Below, one piece after another: positions 7,037 through 9,212 of a stretch of 9,212 nt of DNA (positions are counted from its first letter, which is position 1; every line of letters begins with the position of its first letter). The stretch is taken from positions 1 to 9,212 of the IMG/VR virus record IMGVR_UViG_3300005859_000239. One strand, written 5' to 3'. The position numbers were made by a program, and so were the translations under genes. Below the pieces are notes generated by a model. That model saw only the letters and a program-made list of their open reading frames with translations, was not told the DNA's origin and did no database searches.

Positions 7037-7092
7037 ACTTTCACCATATTTATATCTCATTTTAAGCATATAAATTTTTCGGTTTATCGATT

Positions 7093-7275
7093 CTAAGATT
7101 TGTCAATTATTGTTGTTATTTTATTATTAATTTCATTAGATATGCTTTTCACAGCTAATAATAAATTTTTTACCTCATCATCAGAAAGATTAGAATTTGT
7201 TATTATTTCATTTAATAATTTGCATTCTATTTTTGCAAGCTCATTTAATGTTAATAAATCCATTTTGTTTACCAT
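7093..7275 (-). CDS. Hypothetical helical protein, 60 aa (probable paralogue of 6061..6267)
   Basis: SD GGTGA at 7281-7285; follows zinc-finger copy B on the same strand. Confidence 0.75.
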   Translation of the reverse strand: MVNKMDLLTLNELAKIECKLLNEIITNSNLSDDEVKNLLLAVKSISNEINNKITTIIDKS

Positions 7276-7291
7276 TTAATTCACCAAGAAA

Positions 7292-7591
7292 TTATAATTT
7301 TTTCAAAAGTCTGGTTATTACTATCTTATCCGATTTTCCTAAATTAAGATCTTTATCATATAAAATTTTCGTATCTCCAGATTCTTTACATAAAATTGCC
7401 AAATCTCTTCTATATATTGCATTTTTTCTATAATACAGATGATAATATACAAAATGTTCTATGAATCTTGTGGTTTTCATGCCACAATATGGACATTCTT
7501 TTCCATTAAAATGTTTTAATGCATGTTTCTTAATTTCTTTTCTTCCATAAATTGTACTTTTGCAAATATAACAATAAAATTTTTGTGCCAT
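7292..7591 (-). CDS. Double C2H2 zinc-finger protein, copy B, 99 aa
   Basis: CYIC-x12-H-x3-H and CPYC-x9-H-x4-H; gap-free alignment to 6608..6907. Confidence 0.9.
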   Translation of the reverse strand: MAQKFYCYICKSTIYGRKEIKKHALKHFNGKECPYCGMKTTRFIEHFVYYHLYYRKNAIYRRDLAILCKESGDTKILYDKDLNLGKSDKIVITRLLKKL

Positions 7592-7602
7592 GTTTTGTTC
7601 AC

Positions 7603-7845
7603 TTAATCATTATCATTTGGAATTAATAAGTAAAAATAATCTTTTTCTTTTGCGATAACTTTCCTAAGTCCTATAAATCTATGAAAATAAAATTCATAAC
7701 CAAATTTTTCAATTTTGAGATGTTCACAAGATCCAAATTTTATAACTTTATCATTTTCAATTTCTGCTAACATTTTATTACATTTACTACAAAAATATTG
7801 AATTTTGTTTCCATTTTTAATTTCTATTAATCTAAGTTCTTCCAT
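7603..7845 (-). CDS. Small putative Zn-binding protein (CxxC...CxH), 80 aa
   Basis: YFCSKC...GSCEH. ATG 7845 is preferred to GTG 7854, which is probably part of an SD-like AGTGA. Confidence 0.75.
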   Translation of the reverse strand: MEELRLIEIKNGNKIQYFCSKCNKMLAEIENDKVIKFGSCEHLKIEKFGYEFYFHRFIGLRKVIAKEKDYFYLLIPNDND

Positions 7846-7855
7846 ATCAATCACT

Positions 7856-8863
7856 TTATTCTAAAAATCTAACATATAAATTCTCAATGTCATATTTCTT
7901 TGCCAATTCTCTTAAATTTTTACTTCTTTCTTCTCTATCTTTTAATTCTGTAGCTATCATAATTGCAGATATCATATCTTGAATATCAAATTTATGAATT
8001 TTCCAAGTTTGTCCGTGGTCTTTATCGTAATAAGTCTCAACTTCTGAAGATTTAATCAAAAGATTCCATTGCCAAGATGTAAATTCATCAAATGGTGGAA
8101 TTAATTGATGAATTACCGGCGTTCCCATAGCCATTGATTCAAGGACTGGTAAACCAAAACCTTCAGTTCCAGAAGGTACAATAATGTAGTCCATGACTTT
8201 ATAAAATGCAAATATATATTCTCTTTGATTTAACCCAAATTCTGCTACAAAATGAACATTTTCCGGAACTTCAAAATCTCTAAATGCCTTATGCGAAATT
8301 ATGAAAAAATGGACTTTTTTTGCTAAATCTGGAAATTTAGAATTCAAAGTTTGAAAGACTTTAATCATTAAATCCATATTTTTTCTTTTTGTTAATCCTG
8401 AAACAATTCCGAATTTTATGGAATCTGGAAAATCTTTGTCTAACTTTTGTTTTAATTGTGGAGCTAATTGTTCAGCTTTTTCAACAATTTCAAAATTGAT
8501 CCCATGAAATACCGGCAAGTCAGTTTGTAAACCTACTTCTTGTAAATTTTCAGCTGAAAACTTTGAGTTTGGTATAAATATTATGTCTTTTAACAAATAT
8601 TGATTTACAATATTCAAATTTGGAATTCCGTCACATGTAGTATAAAAATACTTGATGCCGTGGAATTCTCGGAAAGTGTATAAGTAGGGATTTAAAGAAG
8701 GCGGATGAAAAGGCATAAATACAATTAACTTTTCTGACTTTGGAATTAAATAAGGATTTGTTGAAATTGTTACAGTTTCTCCATTTTTTCTCAAAACGTA
8801 AGCTATATCTTCCGAAACATTACGGATAGATGAATAATTCATAGTTAGAATTACGGTTTTCAT
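7856..8863 (-). CDS. GT4 (GT-B) glycosyltransferase, SIRV2 ORF335-like
   Basis: KRKN and PSGTEGFGLPVLESMAMGTPVI (E-x7-E) motifs; 335 aa; located near the capsid gene. Confidence 0.93.
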   Translation of the reverse strand: MKTVILTMNYSSIRNVSEDIAYVLRKNGETVTISTNPYLIPKSEKLIVFMPFHPPSLNPYLYTFREFHGIKYFYTTCDGIPNLNIVNQYLLKDIIFIPNSKFSAENLQEVGLQTDLPVFHGINFEIVEKAEQLAPQLKQKLDKDFPDSIKFGIVSGLTKRKNMDLMIKVFQTLNSKFPDLAKKVHFFIISHKAFRDFEVPENVHFVAEFGLNQREYIFAFYKVMDYIIVPSGTEGFGLPVLESMAMGTPVIHQLIPPFDEFTSWQWNLLIKSSEVETYYDKDHGQTWKIHKFDIQDMISAIMIATELKDREERSKNLRELAKKYDIENLYVRFLE

Positions 8864-8899
8864 GAGATTTTTTTAAATGTCATGACATTAAAAAATCAT
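8864..8899. promoter_or_regulatory. Overlapping palindromic divergent promoters
   Basis: Perfect 14-bp palindrome AATGTCATGACATT (8876-8889) flanked by T and A tracts, giving a TATA-GTC element on each strand. Confidence 0.75.
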
Positions 8900-9070
8900 A
8901 TGAAGTTATTGCTTTACGAATGTCCAGTTTGCGGAAAAATATGTAAAAGTAAATGGAGTATGAAAGATCATCTCGAAAGATATCATAAAGGCATAACAAT
9001 TAGAGATTGCAAACGAATAAGTGCAAAAACTGGAGAATATATAGAAACAAAAATTGATGATAATGAATAA
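8900..9070 (+). CDS. Single C2H2 zinc-finger protein (SIRV2 ORF55-like), 56 aa
   Basis: YECPVCG...MKDHLERYH. ATG 8900 is preferred because ATG 8882 is the centre of the promoter palindrome. Confidence 0.85.
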   Translation: MKLLLYECPVCGKICKSKWSMKDHLERYHKGITIRDCKRISAKTGEYIETKIDDNE

Positions 9071-9160
9071 TTCCAAGTTAAAAAGTTAAAAGTTAATTTT
9101 TTTAAATTCTGAACTTGAACTAATTTGGTCTTAATTTCAAATTTAAAAAATCTGAAATAG

Positions 9161-9180
9161 GAAAAATAAAAAAATAAAAT
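9161..9180 (-). terminator. Oligo-T terminator downstream of the capsid gene
   Basis: ATTTTATTTTTTTATTTTTC on the minus strand, 13 nt after the stop. Confidence 0.5.
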
Positions 9181-9193
9181 AGCTTTAAATATT

Positions 9194-9212
9194 TTAGCTT
9201 ACATATCCAGTT
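9194..9212 (-). CDS. 3' end of the rudiviral major capsid protein (partial, ...TGYVS*)
   Basis: The minus strand reads A-ACT-GGA-TAT-GTA-AGC-TAA. This matches the SIRV capsid protein C-terminus (GSPTGYVS) as I recall it and is at the syntenic position. Confidence 0.75.

Noticed and set aside
7197-7433. 78-aa plus-strand ORF
   Set aside because: It is an antisense shadow of two well-supported minus-strand genes.
449-8863. Methyltransferase, acetyltransferase and glycosyltransferase as a DNA hypermodification pathway
   Set aside because: The genes are not co-operonic. The GT4 and GNAT genes are rudiviral core genes present without this methyltransferase, and the GT4s are usually linked to capsid glycosylation.
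9075-9096. Three tandem AAGTTAA units
   Set aside because: Low-complexity sequence in a convergent terminator region with no spacers, so not a CRISPR-like array.
1-9212. tRNA, rRNA, CRISPR array, transposase or integrase
   Set aside because: None is recognisable; intergenic regions are short and AT-rich.

Overview
AT-rich, gene-dense segment from the conserved central region of a rudivirus (rod-shaped Sulfolobales virus, SIRV/ARV/SRV type). The core genes match my recollection of SIRV2: Hjc resolvase, GNAT-like ORF154 homologue, ORF488-like minor virion protein, ORF110/84c/64-like cluster, ORF335-like GT4 glycosyltransferase, ORF55-like zinc finger, and the last five codons of the major capsid protein at the right edge. 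Accessory genes are interleaved. The most notable is an orphan 506-aa DUF1156/COG1743-type Zn-ribbon amino-methyltransferase, divergent from hjc. There is also a cassette of small proteins containing two paralogue pairs. Rudivirus-type TATA-GTC promoter elements recur and are inverted at three divergent gene junctions. Homology calls come from motif reading and memory, not from database searches.
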